DNA of 64,000 nucleotides from an uncultured Nitrososphaerota archaeon (lineage in GTDB: Archaea > Thermoproteota > Nitrososphaeria > Nitrososphaerales > CADDZS01). The translations under genes were made by a program, and so were the position numbers. How positions within the stretch are numbered: position 1 is the first letter of the stretch; the number at the start of each line of letters is the position of its first letter. Below the pieces are notes generated by a model. The model had not been told where the DNA came from. It saw nothing but the letters and a program-made list of their open reading frames with translations, and did no database searches. Shown here piece after piece: positions 18,584 through 29,529 of this stretch. The stretch is taken from the NCBI GenBank assembly GCA_963799845.1, contig CAWCYI010000004.1, positions 384,001-448,000 of the forward strand. The letters run 5' to 3'.

Positions 18584-20293
18584 TTATGAGAACTTTGGAG
18601 CGCACACAGCACCTTCAGATGCAGATCCGACCAGGCTTGCATATTTTGCAAGAGCACCCCATTCATAGTTCGGTGCCGGAGTCTTCCACTCTTTCTTCCT
18701 CCTTGAGAGTTCCTTCTGCGAAACAAGGAGGTTTACCGTCTGCTTGTCTGCATCGATTTCAATCTCGTCCCCTTCTTCCACCAGTCCGATGGGCCCTCCG
18801 ACCATAGCTTCCGGACAAACGTGCCCGACCATGAAGCCTCTCGTCGCACCAGAGAATCTGCCATCTGTGACGAGGGCTACATCCTGTCCCAAACCCTGCC
18901 CTACGATTGCAGCCGTTACCTGGAGCATTTCTCTCATCCCCGGGCCTCCCTTAGGTCCTTCGTACCTGATCACTACAATGTCTCCTGCGGATATCTTTCG
19001 TTTTGACACCGCATCAAATGCAAGTTCCTCCCTGTCGAAGACCCTCGCCTTTCCCTTGAATTTTAAAAGTGAAAGTCCTGCCACTTTTACGACGGCCCCA
19101 TCAGGGGCCAGAGACCCTCTCAGAATGACGTCGGTCCCGGTCTTCCTTATCGGATTATCGACGGTTCGGACAACATCCTGGTCTTTCAGAAATCTCGCAG
19201 CCTTAACGTTCTCTTTGACAGACTTGCCCGTTATCGTAATGCAATTTTCGTTGATCATTTTTTTCTCCATCAGCTTGCTCAAGATCAACGGAACGCCTCC
19301 AACCTTGTCGAGATCGGCCATCACATACTTTCCTCCTGGACGAAGATCGGCTATGTGGGGGACTTTCTTCCGGATTCTCTCAAAATCGTCCAGCGTCAAT
19401 TTTACTCCTGATTCTCGACCCAAGGCAATCAGGTGCATGATCGCGTTTGTAGAGCCGCCAATCGCCTGCAATACGCTGATCGCATTTTCAAATGTCTCGA
19501 AGTTTAGAATGTCCCGTGGCTTCAGATCGTCTTCTAACGCTTTCAGAACTACCTTGCCGGTTTCGAAGACCATCTGAGCTCTTCTGCCATCGACCGCAGG
19601 CGGAGTCGCGCTTCCAGGCAGTGCCAGGCCGAGAGCCTCGCTGAGGCAGGCCATCGTGTTCGCGGTGTAGAGCCCGCCGCAGGAACCAGCACCGGGACAG
19701 GAGAGGTCCTCGACTCTCTTCAAGTCGTGAGCGGAGATTCTCCCACTCTCGAAAGCGCCAACTGCTTCAAACACATCTTGAATTGTGACGTCCTTTCCGT
19801 CGACCACGCCAGGCATTATCGTCCCGCCATAAACAAAAGCCGAGGGTCGATTCAACCTAGACATCGCGAGCATGATCCCGGGCAGGCTCTTGTCGCACCC
19901 TGCTATTCCTACGAACCCGTCGTATTCATGTGCCCGGATCATCAGTTCAACCGAATCAGCGATAATCTCTCTGCTCACGAGAGACGATTTCATGCCCTCC
20001 GTTCCCATCGCAATTCCGTCGCTGACGGCAATCGTGACAAACTGTCTTGGCGTTCCGCCCGCCGAAACGATGCCTTCCGAAGCTTTGTTAGCAAGCAAAT
20101 TCAAGTGAACGTTGCAGGGAGTTGCCTCGTTCCAAGTATTGGCAACGCCGATTAGAGGTTTTGTTAGATCGGAATCTCCGAGCCCCATCGCTTTGTAGTA
20201 GGACCGGTGGGGTGCATTTCTGGTTCCCTGAAGGACTCCTGTGCTACGTAGTTTTTTTGTTTCGCATTGAACTGTCTCTTGCTTACCTGGCAC
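18584..20293 (-). CDS. ilvD: Dihydroxy-acid dehydratase
   Basis: [45 protein letters not shown]. Confidence 0.97.
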   Translation of the reverse strand: MPGKQETVQCETKKLRSTGVLQGTRNAPHRSYYKAMGLGDSDLTKPLIGVANTWNEATPCNVHLNLLANKASEGIVSAGGTPRQFVTIAVSDGIAMGTEGMKSSLVSREIIADSVELMIRAHEYDGFVGIAGCDKSLPGIMLAMSRLNRPSAFVYGGTIMPGVVDGKDVTIQDVFEAVGAFESGRISAHDLKRVEDLSCPGAGSCGGLYTANTMACLSEALGLALPGSATPPAVDGRRAQMVFETGKVVLKALEDDLKPRDILNFETFENAISVLQAIGGSTNAIMHLIALGRESGVKLTLDDFERIRKKVPHIADLRPGGKYVMADLDKVGGVPLILSKLMEKKMINENCITITGKSVKENVKAARFLKDQDVVRTVDNPIRKTGTDVILRGSLAPDGAVVKVAGLSLLKFKGKARVFDREELAFDAVSKRKISAGDIVVIRYEGPKGGPGMREMLQVTAAIVGQGLGQDVALVTDGRFSGATRGFMVGHVCPEAMVGGPIGLVEEGDEIEIDADKQTVNLLVSQKELSRRKKEWKTPAPNYEWGALAKYASLVGSASEGAVCAPKFS

Positions 20294-20375
20294 TTTGCTT
20301 TCGGAAAGGCTCTAGGAATGCAGTTTAAAGCAATTTACTCGATGTAGATATGCCCGAGCGGAATAGGCCGATCAA

Positions 20376-20636
20376 TTGCACAAGATTACAGTATTCTCCA
20401 AAGAGGGATGCCATCTTTGCGAAAGGGTCGTAGCCAAAATGAAAGAGCTTTCAACGGAAGGAGACTTCGAGCTGGAAATTGTGGAAATAACTGGAGACAT
20501 ATCTATTTTTGAAAAATACTTCCTAAAGATCCCTGTGGTGCACCTTGACGGTAAGGAAGTCTTCGAAGTTGAGGATATCGCACTGCCGCAGGATTGCGAG
20601 GTAAAGCTTGAGGCTCTAGTTTCGAAACTGGACTGA
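20376..20636 (+). CDS. Glutaredoxin-like protein (DUF836-type)
   Basis: FSKEGCHLC, KIPVV. Confidence 0.8.
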   Translation: MHKITVFSKEGCHLCERVVAKMKELSTEGDFELEIVEITGDISIFEKYFLKIPVVHLDGKEVFEVEDIALPQDCEVKLEALVSKLD

Positions 20637-20751
20637 CTATTACAGGCCCTTAACGCTTCAAGTTGATGGAATTCCGAAAAATGAATTTGTAGTACCTAAC
20701 ACTCTTTTATCTACGATTTTACGACTTACATATACGACGGGTCGATATGAT

Positions 20752-22023
20752 TTGGCAGACACTCTTTCTGTAAAAGATAATCGAACGGGAAAAGAATACG
20801 AGATTCCGATCAGTGAGGGAGCAGTTCGTTCTACCGATTTTAGGGACATCAAAACTTCTCCCGAGGACTTTGGGCTACTAGCTTACGACCCGGCTTTCGT
20901 AAACACGGCTTCGTGCAAGAGTAAAATTACTTTCATCGATGGAGAAAAGGGCATTCTTCGTTACCGGGGGTATCCTATCGAAGAGCTTGCCGAGAAAAAA
21001 CTTTACCTCGAGGTTGCGTACCTTCTAACTTACGGGGAGTTACCATCAAAATCCGAATATGAGGAATGGGTTCACAACATTACGTACCACACAATGGTTC
21101 ACGAGAACGTCAAAAAATTCATGGATGGATTTCACCATGACGCACATCCGATGGGGATGCTCGTCACGACAGTCGCCTCGCTTTCGACGTTCTATCCCAA
21201 TGCAAAAAATATCTTTGACGAAAAGGCTCGCGAATTGCAAATTTACCGTTTGATAGGAAAGATTCCGACGTTGGCCGCTTTTGCATACAGACATTCACAG
21301 GGCATGGCTTACATCTATCCGAGCAATGATTTGACCTATGCAGAGAATTTTCTGTCAATGATGTACCGACCGTCGTCTACGTCTAGTTACGAACCAAACT
21401 CGGTTCTTGCAAAGGCCCTTGATGTCCTCTTCATTCTACACGCTGATCACGAACAAAATTGCAGCTCGACCGCGATGAGAGTAGTGGGCAGTTCACATGC
21501 CGATCCGTACAGCGCGGCGGCGGCCGCGTGTGCGGCTCTTTATGGTCCACTCCATGGAGGAGCAAATGAAGAGGTCGTAAGGATGCTTGAGGAAATCGGG
21601 TCCAAGGAGAAAGTTCCTGAAATAATTAGGCAGGTCAAAGACGGCAAACGGCTGCTCATGGGATTCGGCCACCGTGTTTACAAGAACTATGATCCCAGAG
21701 CGAAGATAATCAAGAAAATTGCAGAAGATGTTTTCGAAGTCACAGGGCGAAATGAACTGCTCGATATTGCGCTCGAGCTTGAAAAAGTAGCATTGTCTGA
21801 TGATTATTTCATAAAGAGAAAACTGTATCCGAACGTGGATTTCTACTCTGGCCTAATCTATCAGGCAATGGGTTTCCCGATGGACATCTTCACAGTCCTC
21901 TTTGCGATCCCCAGGATGTCTGGATGGCTCGCCCAGTGGAAGGAAATGCTGGGCGATCCTGAACAAAAAATTGCGAGACCTCGTCAGATTTACGAAGGTC
22001 ATCCTGAAAGGCACCTGCCGTAG
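20752..22023 (+). CDS. gltA: Citrate synthase
   Basis: LHADHEQNCS, GPLHGGANE, MGFGHRVYK, YPNVDFYSG. Confidence 0.97.
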   Translation: MADTLSVKDNRTGKEYEIPISEGAVRSTDFRDIKTSPEDFGLLAYDPAFVNTASCKSKITFIDGEKGILRYRGYPIEELAEKKLYLEVAYLLTYGELPSKSEYEEWVHNITYHTMVHENVKKFMDGFHHDAHPMGMLVTTVASLSTFYPNAKNIFDEKARELQIYRLIGKIPTLAAFAYRHSQGMAYIYPSNDLTYAENFLSMMYRPSSTSSYEPNSVLAKALDVLFILHADHEQNCSSTAMRVVGSSHADPYSAAAAACAALYGPLHGGANEEVVRMLEEIGSKEKVPEIIRQVKDGKRLLMGFGHRVYKNYDPRAKIIKKIAEDVFEVTGRNELLDIALELEKVALSDDYFIKRKLYPNVDFYSGLIYQAMGFPMDIFTVLFAIPRMSGWLAQWKEMLGDPEQKIARPRQIYEGHPERHLP

Positions 22024-22079
22024 TAGGATTGCGTCGGAATAGCAAACGAAATATCCCAGCTCGGTTCACCTTATCTGGT

Positions 22080-22418
22080 ATGATAAAGAAAATCGGCTCA
22101 ATAGCGGTAGTTGTAAAAGACGAAAAGAAAGCGGCAAACTGGTACAAGAGTAAACTTGGATTTGAGATCAAGAGTCAGATGGAACACTGGGTGACAGTCA
22201 TTCCAAAGGGAGCTCGTGGCCCCGAGTTGCATCTCTGCAAAACGAAACCTCTTGAAAAAGGAAACACTGGAATATCATTCACAACTGACAACCTTGGCAA
22301 AACGTACAAGGAGCTTTCGAAGAAAGGAGTAAAGTTTACAGCGAAGCCTAAGGATGAAGGTTGGGGACCGTACGCGATGTTTGCGGATCTCGACGGAAAC
22401 GTGTTCTGGTTATTCTAG
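22080..22418 (+). CDS. VOC/glyoxalase family protein
   Basis: WYKSKLGF, GISFTTD, WGPYAMFADLDGN. Confidence 0.85.
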   Translation: MIKKIGSIAVVVKDEKKAANWYKSKLGFEIKSQMEHWVTVIPKGARGPELHLCKTKPLEKGNTGISFTTDNLGKTYKELSKKGVKFTAKPKDEGWGPYAMFADLDGNVFWLF

Positions 22419-22943
22419 TCAAGGTGTAGAGCTCTGCTCGGGCCTTCTTAGGCCCATTCTCTCTACCAGCCTTTTCAGTTGGTCTTCCGTTATCCATTCG
22501 ATTTTCAGATATTCAATTATCTGATCATCGGCGAACCCGATCCTTCTTGCCTCATCCACTGTGCCGAGGTAGGCTTCTATCTCAATTGGGCTATCGACGT
22601 ATTCAAAGTCATTAAGAAAGAGCTCCTTTCCATCCATGAACTGCTTCACGTGGTGTAGCTCGTGTATAACATCCAGGTAGATTATTGCAGAATCAGCAGT
22701 CCTCAGATGGTAGGCACTAATCAGCAAGTGTCCGTCCTCATCGCTCGTCGCCATGTAGCCGAATCGGGCTGAATAGAACTCGACTTTCAGATTGTGGAGA
22801 ATTTGATCGGTCTTTGCACCGAAGAGCCTTCTGATGGTAGGGATTTTTTCAAAACCTTGAAAGTAATCGGTGAACGGATAGAGATTGAGCTTGGCCTCAC
22901 GCTGGATTTGTACATCCGGCAATCGAGGTTCTTGCGATTCCAA
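22419..22943 (-). CDS. Zincin-like HExxH protein
   Basis: VIHELHHVKQ...PIEIEAY. Confidence 0.7.
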   Translation of the reverse strand: MESQEPRLPDVQIQREAKLNLYPFTDYFQGFEKIPTIRRLFGAKTDQILHNLKVEFYSARFGYMATSDEDGHLLISAYHLRTADSAIIYLDVIHELHHVKQFMDGKELFLNDFEYVDSPIEIEAYLGTVDEARRIGFADDQIIEYLKIEWITEDQLKRLVERMGLRRPEQSSTP

Positions 22944-22978
22944 TATTCGTCCAATCCCAGATGAGTCAGCGATGTTTG

Positions 22979-23731
22979 CTAGTTCAGGGAAAGTGCGAAC
23001 TCGTTCAGATGCCGATTAAAATCAGAGGGTCTTTCGAGCATCGGCAGGTGAGATGCGTCCCTCAAAACAACGAGCTTCGACTTTGGAATGTTCTCTTTCA
23101 TGTATGATGACCAAGCGACCGGAGACATTTTGTCCTCCTCGCCAGCGATAATCAGGACAGGAATGGAGATCGTCTGCAATTTTTGCCTGACATCGAAACT
23201 GTTGCACGCCTCATAGTCTCCAGCTGCGACTCCGTTGTTGCACTTTAGAATTTCATTCGTTACGAAGCGAATTGTTTCTAAATTCGTCTTTGAGGAAAAT
23301 TGCCTCGGTCCCACTACGGCCTTTACTGTCTCCTCGAATCTAGACCTCAAGCCCTCCCTGATCGAGGGCAGAACGCCTAATTTCGCTCCCGTGCAAACTA
23401 GGACAACCCCCCTGAGGGAATTTGGATGCTCGATAGCGTTCAACAACGCGATCGCTCCGCCCATTGAGTGCCCCACAAGTATCGGTTTGTCCGGGCAGGT
23501 CTTTGAAACAAATTCAGAAACAATATCGGAATAAGATCTGATTTCAATCTCGCAGTGCAGGGGCGATGATTTTCCATGACCGGGAAGATCGATTGTGATT
23601 ATTTTGAATCGATCCGAAAGTATTCTCTGATGGTTCCAAAACGACGAGTTCTCGCATGCGCCGTGAACAAAGACAATTGGTTTCCCAGTTCCCACTTCAT
23701 CATAAGAAACGTTGGAGCCTTTCAACAGCAA
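22979..23731 (-). CDS. Alpha/beta hydrolase
   Basis: FVHG, DLPGHG, GHSMGG, GEED, ASH catalytic triad. Confidence 0.92.
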   Translation of the reverse strand: MLLKGSNVSYDEVGTGKPIVFVHGACENSSFWNHQRILSDRFKIITIDLPGHGKSSPLHCEIEIRSYSDIVSEFVSKTCPDKPILVGHSMGGAIALLNAIEHPNSLRGVVLVCTGAKLGVLPSIREGLRSRFEETVKAVVGPRQFSSKTNLETIRFVTNEILKCNNGVAAGDYEACNSFDVRQKLQTISIPVLIIAGEEDKMSPVAWSSYMKENIPKSKLVVLRDASHLPMLERPSDFNRHLNEFALSLN

Positions 23732-23952
23732 TTGCGTGACATTTGACGTTTTTTTCTTGCACCATGTTAACAGTTTTGTAAAGAAACAAGTTGAGATATT
23801 TCAGAAACGACCTAGGCTTCCTTACAGCGTGCTACTATGAGTAATTCGCGGGTATAAATAATTCTACTGAGGTGCCAGCTGCGAAATTAATCGAGGATTG
23901 GATGACACCTACGGTAATTGTCGATTTCACAATCATTTTTCGGTAAAGACAC

Positions 23953-25566
23953 TTATGCGACATTACTAGGATGATACTCGCCGTATGCTGATCTTAGGAT
24001 GTCGCTAATTTCACCCGTTGTCGCGCCCATTTTTGTTGCCTCAATTATGAGTGGCATCAGATTTTTCCTACTTTCTCGATCTTTCGAGGCTTCTTTTTCC
24101 AGAGCGGAAATGGCCTTTTCAAAGCGTGATTTGTTTCTACTCATTCTGTATTTCTTGATCTGTTTAAGCTGACGTTTCACTGATTTTTTGGAGACCTGCA
24201 GTACTTTGATGGGTTCTCTTTCGGAGCTTTCAAATCGGTTAACTCCCACGATTACTTTTTCTCCTTCATCAACTGCCCTCTGAAACTTATAGGCGCTCCT
24301 TTGAATTTCTTTTTGGATATAGCCAGATTTGATCGCTTCGAGGGCTCCCCCAAGTTTCTGCACCCTGTCCAGCTCTTCAGTTGCCCTCGCTTCGATTTCA
24401 TTCGTCATGGATTCCAAGTAGTAGGAACCTCCGATTGGATCGGCTGTCCCGATGACTCCAGATTCCTCTGCTATGATCTGTTGAGTTCGGAGAGCAATCG
24501 TCACAGATTCTTCAGATGGTAAGCCGAGGGCCTCGTCGAAAGAATTGGTGTGAAGCGATTGTGCACCTCCGAGGACTGCTGCTAGTGCCTGAATAGAGAC
24601 CCTGACCACATTGTTATACGGTTGTTGAGCTGTCAGCGTTTCTCCGCTGGTCTGGGCGTGAAACTTTAGTTTCATCGAGTTTTCGTCCCTTGAATTGAAT
24701 TGGTCCTTTACGATCTTTGCCCAGATTCTCCTAGCCGCTCTAAACTTCGCAATCTCTTCGAAAAAGTCGTTCCTGCAAGCAAAGAAAAAAGAGAGCTGAT
24801 CGCAGAACGAATCGATGGGGTACCCCTTCTTGATCACTCCGTTCACGTATTCGATCGCATCAGCAAACGTGAAGGCGAGCTCTTGGATCGCGTTCGCTCC
24901 CGCTTCTCTTATGTGGTAACCCGAGATACTGATCGGATGCCACTTCGGCATTTTCTCGGCGCAGAAAGTTATGAGATCGATGCTGAGATCGAACGAAAAA
25001 TCGGGGGGATAGATGTAGGTGTTTCTCGCAGCATACTCTTTCAAAATGTCGTTTTGGGTCGTACCCCTCAACTCAGACCTTGGGATGCCCCTCGATTCGG
25101 CCGCGACGACATACATCGACAACATCGTCGAAGCGGTTGCATTGATCGTCATGCTGGTGCTTACCTGATCTACTGGAATATCCTGAATAAGAGTCCCCAT
25201 GTTTTCAAGGGTGCTGATGGCAACACCAACCTTTCCAACTTCTCCCTCGGCCCGCTTGTTATCGGAGTCGAAACCGAGCTGAGTGGGGAGATCAAAAGCC
25301 ACGCTCAAGCCAGTTTGGCCGCGTTTCAAAAGATACTTGAATCGCTTGTTTGTATCAGCTGCGGTACCGAATCCGGAGTACTGCCGCATAGTCCACAATT
25401 TCTCGCGATACATCTGGGGGTAAATTCCACGAACAAACGGAAAACTTCCCGGCTCACCAGTCTCGTCAACTATAGGCCGTGATGAGTAGACTGGATTAAT
25501 TGGAATTCCAGAATCGGTCTCGAACTTTTTCTCTCTTTTCTTGTCGTCTTGATTATTGTTCGTCAA
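23953..25566 (-). CDS. mcmA: Methylmalonyl-CoA mutase large subunit
   Basis: WTMRQYSGF (Tyr) and KEYAARNTYIY (Arg) MCM determinants; [10 protein letters not shown]. Confidence 0.9.
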   Translation of the reverse strand: MTNNNQDDKKREKKFETDSGIPINPVYSSRPIVDETGEPGSFPFVRGIYPQMYREKLWTMRQYSGFGTAADTNKRFKYLLKRGQTGLSVAFDLPTQLGFDSDNKRAEGEVGKVGVAISTLENMGTLIQDIPVDQVSTSMTINATASTMLSMYVVAAESRGIPRSELRGTTQNDILKEYAARNTYIYPPDFSFDLSIDLITFCAEKMPKWHPISISGYHIREAGANAIQELAFTFADAIEYVNGVIKKGYPIDSFCDQLSFFFACRNDFFEEIAKFRAARRIWAKIVKDQFNSRDENSMKLKFHAQTSGETLTAQQPYNNVVRVSIQALAAVLGGAQSLHTNSFDEALGLPSEESVTIALRTQQIIAEESGVIGTADPIGGSYYLESMTNEIEARATEELDRVQKLGGALEAIKSGYIQKEIQRSAYKFQRAVDEGEKVIVGVNRFESSEREPIKVLQVSKKSVKRQLKQIKKYRMSRNKSRFEKAISALEKEASKDRESRKNLMPLIIEATKMGATTGEISDILRSAYGEYHPSNVA

Positions 25567-26548
25567 GAAATTGTCCCTTGCTCACTCTGCTACTTTTTTC
25601 CGAAATGTCTCTACTCTGCAAATATTTCCTCGCTAATCGATTTGCCGCGCTATCGGGATCGATCCCCTTGTTCAATAGTTTTTCAATCAATACTTTGAAC
25701 TCTGGATCGTTTTGAATTTCCCTTTTTATTTCTGAAGTTATTATGTCATTTACTCTTTCTAACAGTTCATCTTGCAATTTCTTCGAAGCCACGTTGGATG
25801 AAACGCTCTGATTTGAAAGAAAAATTCTACGTTCATCAAGCGCCTTCGTCAAATTTTCCAACCCCTCCAAAGTTTTCGCGCTAACCTTGACAGCGAGCTG
25901 AAGCCAGCCCGATTCTTTGGTGGAAAGCACCGATCCCAGATTGTAGAGAACCTTATCCGCACCCGGTAGATCGCTCTTATTAATTGCAAATATGTCGCCG
26001 ATCTCCATTAGCCCGGCCTTCGCCGCCTGTATTTCGTCTCCCAGTTCAGGCATGAGTACGACTACTACCGTATCGGCAACGCCGACGATCTCAACCTCTG
26101 TTTGTCCAATCCCCACCGTTTCAACGAAGATAGGATCGAACCCGGCGGCATCGAGTATTCGGACGACATCCCGTGCAGCCTTTGAAAGTCCCCCTTCGTC
26201 ACCACGTGAGGCCATGCTCCTAATGTAGACATCCTGATCCAAAGAATGCTCTAACATTCTCACGCGATCTCCCAAGATGGCGCCTCCAGTTATTGGACTC
26301 GAAGGGTCAACTGCCAGAACTGCCACTTTCTTTCCCCTCGTTCTGTAGGATCTGACGAGCAAGTCCACTAGCGAGCTCTTCCCGGTGCCTGGTGGTCCCG
26401 TTATCCCTATCACATGGGCCCTCCCCGTGTGACTGTACAACGCGCCCAAAAGATCAGAATAGTTTGATTGCCTATTCTCCGCCAATGTGATAGCTTTTGA
26501 AACTGCGTTGCGATCACCGCTCAGAACTCTCTCTGTTAGAGTAGGCAA
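25553..26548 (-). CDS. meaB: Mutase-associated GTPase chaperone
   Basis: GPPGTGKS, DPSSP..GGAILGDRVRM, ETVGIGQ, NKSD. Confidence 0.95.
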   Translation of the reverse strand: MPTLTERVLSGDRNAVSKAITLAENRQSNYSDLLGALYSHTGRAHVIGITGPPGTGKSSLVDLLVRSYRTRGKKVAVLAVDPSSPITGGAILGDRVRMLEHSLDQDVYIRSMASRGDEGGLSKAARDVVRILDAAGFDPIFVETVGIGQTEVEIVGVADTVVVVLMPELGDEIQAAKAGLMEIGDIFAINKSDLPGADKVLYNLGSVLSTKESGWLQLAVKVSAKTLEGLENLTKALDERRIFLSNQSVSSNVASKKLQDELLERVNDIITSEIKREIQNDPEFKVLIEKLLNKGIDPDSAANRLARKYLQSRDISEKSSRVSKGQFLDEQ

Positions 26549-26667
26549 TTAGATTCGAATCTGGAAACGGAAGTTTATCAATCTTGAAATAAATCTTGAT
26601 TGCATATTAGGAAACTGGAACGATATCGGAAGAGTAAACTACACCAGTCTCAATCTGAAATACTGCT

Positions 26668-27027
26668 ATGTCTCAAACTCTTGCCCCGATAAAGCCATTG
26701 ATCACGATGCAGGAACTGGATAAGATCGATGTCCGGGTGGGAACGATTGTCCTGGTCGAAGACGCTGCCAAGTCGGACAAGCTCGTGCGGTTGACGGTCG
26801 ATTTCGGCACTTATCGAAGGAAGATTCTTTCGGGCATGAAAAATGAAAGAAAGGACGTCAAAGAGATTCTGGGCAAGCAGGCGCTGTTCGTTGTAAATCT
26901 AGAGCCCAGGAAAATGATGGGCGAAATTTCAGAGGGAATAATTTTTGATGTCGGGTTCGCGGATGGGATAACAACTGTACTTGCAATCCCAGAAAAAGAA
27001 GTACCTAACGGAGTAAGGGCCGGATGA
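26668..27027 (+). CDS. CsaA/Trbp111-type tRNA-binding OB protein
   Basis: IDVRVGTI, VVNLEPRKMMGEISEG. Confidence 0.85.
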   Translation: MSQTLAPIKPLITMQELDKIDVRVGTIVLVEDAAKSDKLVRLTVDFGTYRRKILSGMKNERKDVKEILGKQALFVVNLEPRKMMGEISEGIIFDVGFADGITTVLAIPEKEVPNGVRAG

Positions 27028-27281
27028 GTCTCATGGGATTTTGAAGGGATAAAACTGGGCTAGCTCAGTGAAGAGAACAAACATTCTAGCTTTCGCATTG
27101 ACCTTTCTCGTTCCCGGTTACGATTGAAATTCAACAGGCCGTATCTCGAACATCGATGCATCTGCTGCCTAGATGCAAGGTTGTAGACTCGTTATGAAAG
27201 TTGAACGGATTTTGTATCAATCTGGGAAAGGGTGTAAATAGATCATGTTTTGTTGAGATAGATTGAATCCAAGTGATTTCG

Positions 27282-27476
27282 ATGACCCAAGAACAGGTCC
27301 AAATCCATAGACACCTCAGTAGCAACGCGGAGTATTATGCGCCATGCTTTACATGCGAGAAACATCCACATTATTCGCAGGCACCGATAACTCTCCATAA
27401 GGGAGATCACTGCCTAATCTGCAACAACGTTCCTTCGGTGAAGAACGAGCCCAGAATCGATTTACCTAAATTTTAG
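27282..27476 (+). CDS. Small Cys/His-rich hypothetical protein
   Basis: CFTC...HCLIC; slight overlap with the BCCP 3' end. Confidence 0.45.
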   Translation: MTQEQVQIHRHLSSNAEYYAPCFTCEKHPHYSQAPITLHKGDHCLICNNVPSVKNEPRIDLPKF

Positions 27477-27983
27477 TCTGATCATCGGTTTTCCTCTTTC
27501 GATCATTTCTCCCTCCTTCACGTAGACTTCTTCGACTGTGCAATCTCGGGGGGCTTTGATCTGAGCCTCCATCTTCATGGCTTCAAGCACGATCAAGGTT
27601 TCTCCATGGTTCAGGTTGTCGCCAGGCTTTATGTTTAGTTTAACGATCTTTGCTGGAAAATTAGAAACTATCAATTCTTTGTTTGATGCAAGCCGAGAAG
27701 CCTCTTCTTCTACGGCTCTATCAGATTCTCTTCTACCCGCAATGCTCTTCCCGTTTGCCACGAATGTTACAGAAGACCGCGTTTTGGCTAGTTGAAGAAC
27801 AGAGTACACTTTGTCATTAACGCTGATAATGATCCGGGCTTTTTCTCTGCTTAGCACGGCGACTCTAATTTTTTCTTTGCCTCCATCTGCGACGCTCGCA
27901 AGATATTCATCGCCAGATTTTGACGCCGAGGGATCTAACTCGATCTCTCTAGTCTCTTCATCGATGATAATTCTAAATCGCAT
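27462..27983 (-). CDS. Biotin carboxyl carrier protein
   Basis: EAMKM biotinylation motif. Confidence 0.93.
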   Translation of the reverse strand: MRFRIIIDEETREIELDPSASKSGDEYLASVADGGKEKIRVAVLSREKARIIISVNDKVYSVLQLAKTRSSVTFVANGKSIAGRRESDRAVEEEASRLASNKELIVSNFPAKIVKLNIKPGDNLNHGETLIVLEAMKMEAQIKAPRDCTVEEVYVKEGEMIERGKPMIRLKFR

Positions 27984-29508
27984 CGATAAATCGACCATTT
28001 CCGCTGGTGGTTAGCCACGCGGGTCTTCTTACTCGTTTCTCGGAAGAATTTTCATTCATTGTCGAAAACTGATTCTTAGAGAGCAACAATGCTGCTATGA
28101 TGAAATAATCACGATCAACATTTGGGCGAATCCTATCCGACAGCCCTAAAGACTCTACGAAGCCTGTGTCAAATTCTCCCCTTGAGAACCTAGCATCTTT
28201 TAGTACTGCTCTGTGAAAAGGAATCGTTGTCTCAATTCCCGCGATTGAGAGCTCTTCAAGAGCTTGCAGGACTCTTTTCCTCGCTTCCTCGAAGTTCCTG
28301 CCGGCGGCAATTAATTTCGCAACCAAGGAATCATAATAAGGGGATATTTCGATTCCCTGCCGCAGAGCAGTGTCAACCCTGATTCCCGGCCCACCGGGAA
28401 TGTTGAGAAACTCGATCCTTCCTGTGGTCGGTACGAAGTCAAGGAAAGGATCTTCCGCGTTAATTCGGCATTCAATGGCACATCCACGAAATTTCACGTC
28501 CCTCTGACGAAAGGGGAGTTTATTTTCCGCAGCAATTCGAATTTGCGTCGCGACGATATCTATGCCAGTAACGTGTTCCGTGACTGGGTGTTCGACCTGC
28601 AAACGAGAGTTGATCTCCATGAAATAGAAGTTGCCGGTTTTCGAATCTCTAAGAAACTCAACAGTCCCTGCGTTTGAATATCCAGTAGCTTTGGCGGTGG
28701 TAATTGCTAGGGTAGAGATCAGTTTTCTTACGTCTTCATCAACGACAGGAGATGGAGACACCTCAATCAGTTTCTGATAACGTCTTTGGATTGAACAGTC
28801 TCTCTCTCCGAGATGAACAAACTCATGAGAGTCGTCACTCGCAATTATTTGAATCTCGATATGCCTTGGATTGATAAGCTTCTTCTCCATAAAAATTGAA
28901 AATCTGCCGAAGGAGCTTTGAGCTTCTCGCTGAGCAGATTCGAACCCTTGCTTGAGTTCGTCTTCGTTTCGAGCTTCGCGGATTCCGCGTCCACCCCCTC
29001 CGAATGCGCTTTTGAGTAAGACTGGGAAGCCAATTTCCCTTGAGAATCTCACAGCTTCCTCGATAGTCCTTACCGATTCGTGCGAGTAGGGAACCACCGG
29101 CACTCCTTTTGACTCTGCGAGTTTCTTGCAAGCGAGTTTGTTACCGCTAATTGCCAGAGTTTCCGGGGACGGACCGATAAACTTCAACCCGTTTTCTCGA
29201 CAAGCTCGTGAAAAGTCGCTCGATTCCGACAGGAATCCGTATCCGGGATGGATTGCATCGCAATCTGCGCTCTTGGCGATCTCGATGATTTTTCTTGCAT
29301 TGAGATAGGTATCGCCGGGACTGTATCCTGGAAGCCTGATCGCCATGTCTGCCATGCTGACATGCATCCATGCAACGTCAGCATCAGAGAAGATCGCAGC
29401 TGATTCAATGTTCAGTGTTCTTAATGCCCTGATGATTCTAACCGCGATTTCTCCACGGTTTGCGACAAGAACCCTTCTAAAATCTGGCGTTGCGTTCACC
29501 TCCAACAA
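27973..29508 (-). CDS. accC: Biotin carboxylase subunit
   Basis: ANRGEIA, HPGYGFLSE, GGGGRG, ERDCSIQRR, RLQVEH. Confidence 0.95.
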   Translation of the reverse strand: MLEVNATPDFRRVLVANRGEIAVRIIRALRTLNIESAAIFSDADVAWMHVSMADMAIRLPGYSPGDTYLNARKIIEIAKSADCDAIHPGYGFLSESSDFSRACRENGLKFIGPSPETLAISGNKLACKKLAESKGVPVVPYSHESVRTIEEAVRFSREIGFPVLLKSAFGGGGRGIREARNEDELKQGFESAQREAQSSFGRFSIFMEKKLINPRHIEIQIIASDDSHEFVHLGERDCSIQRRYQKLIEVSPSPVVDEDVRKLISTLAITTAKATGYSNAGTVEFLRDSKTGNFYFMEINSRLQVEHPVTEHVTGIDIVATQIRIAAENKLPFRQRDVKFRGCAIECRINAEDPFLDFVPTTGRIEFLNIPGGPGIRVDTALRQGIEISPYYDSLVAKLIAAGRNFEEARKRVLQALEELSIAGIETTIPFHRAVLKDARFSRGEFDTGFVESLGLSDRIRPNVDRDYFIIAALLLSKNQFSTMNENSSEKRVRRPAWLTTSGNGRFIDAI

Positions 29509-29529
29509 AGTATCCGAGCAGGACGAATC

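Noticed and set aside
18744-19577. Long antisense ORFs (also 24700-25482, 30670-31290, 52870-53502 and others)
   Set aside because: Shadow frames of well-supported genes, with no motifs of their own.
22080-22418. VOC protein as the missing methylmalonyl-CoA epimerase
   Set aside because: It lacks the N-terminal metal-binding His (IGSIAVVV rather than DHIGIAV) and the C-terminal Glu.
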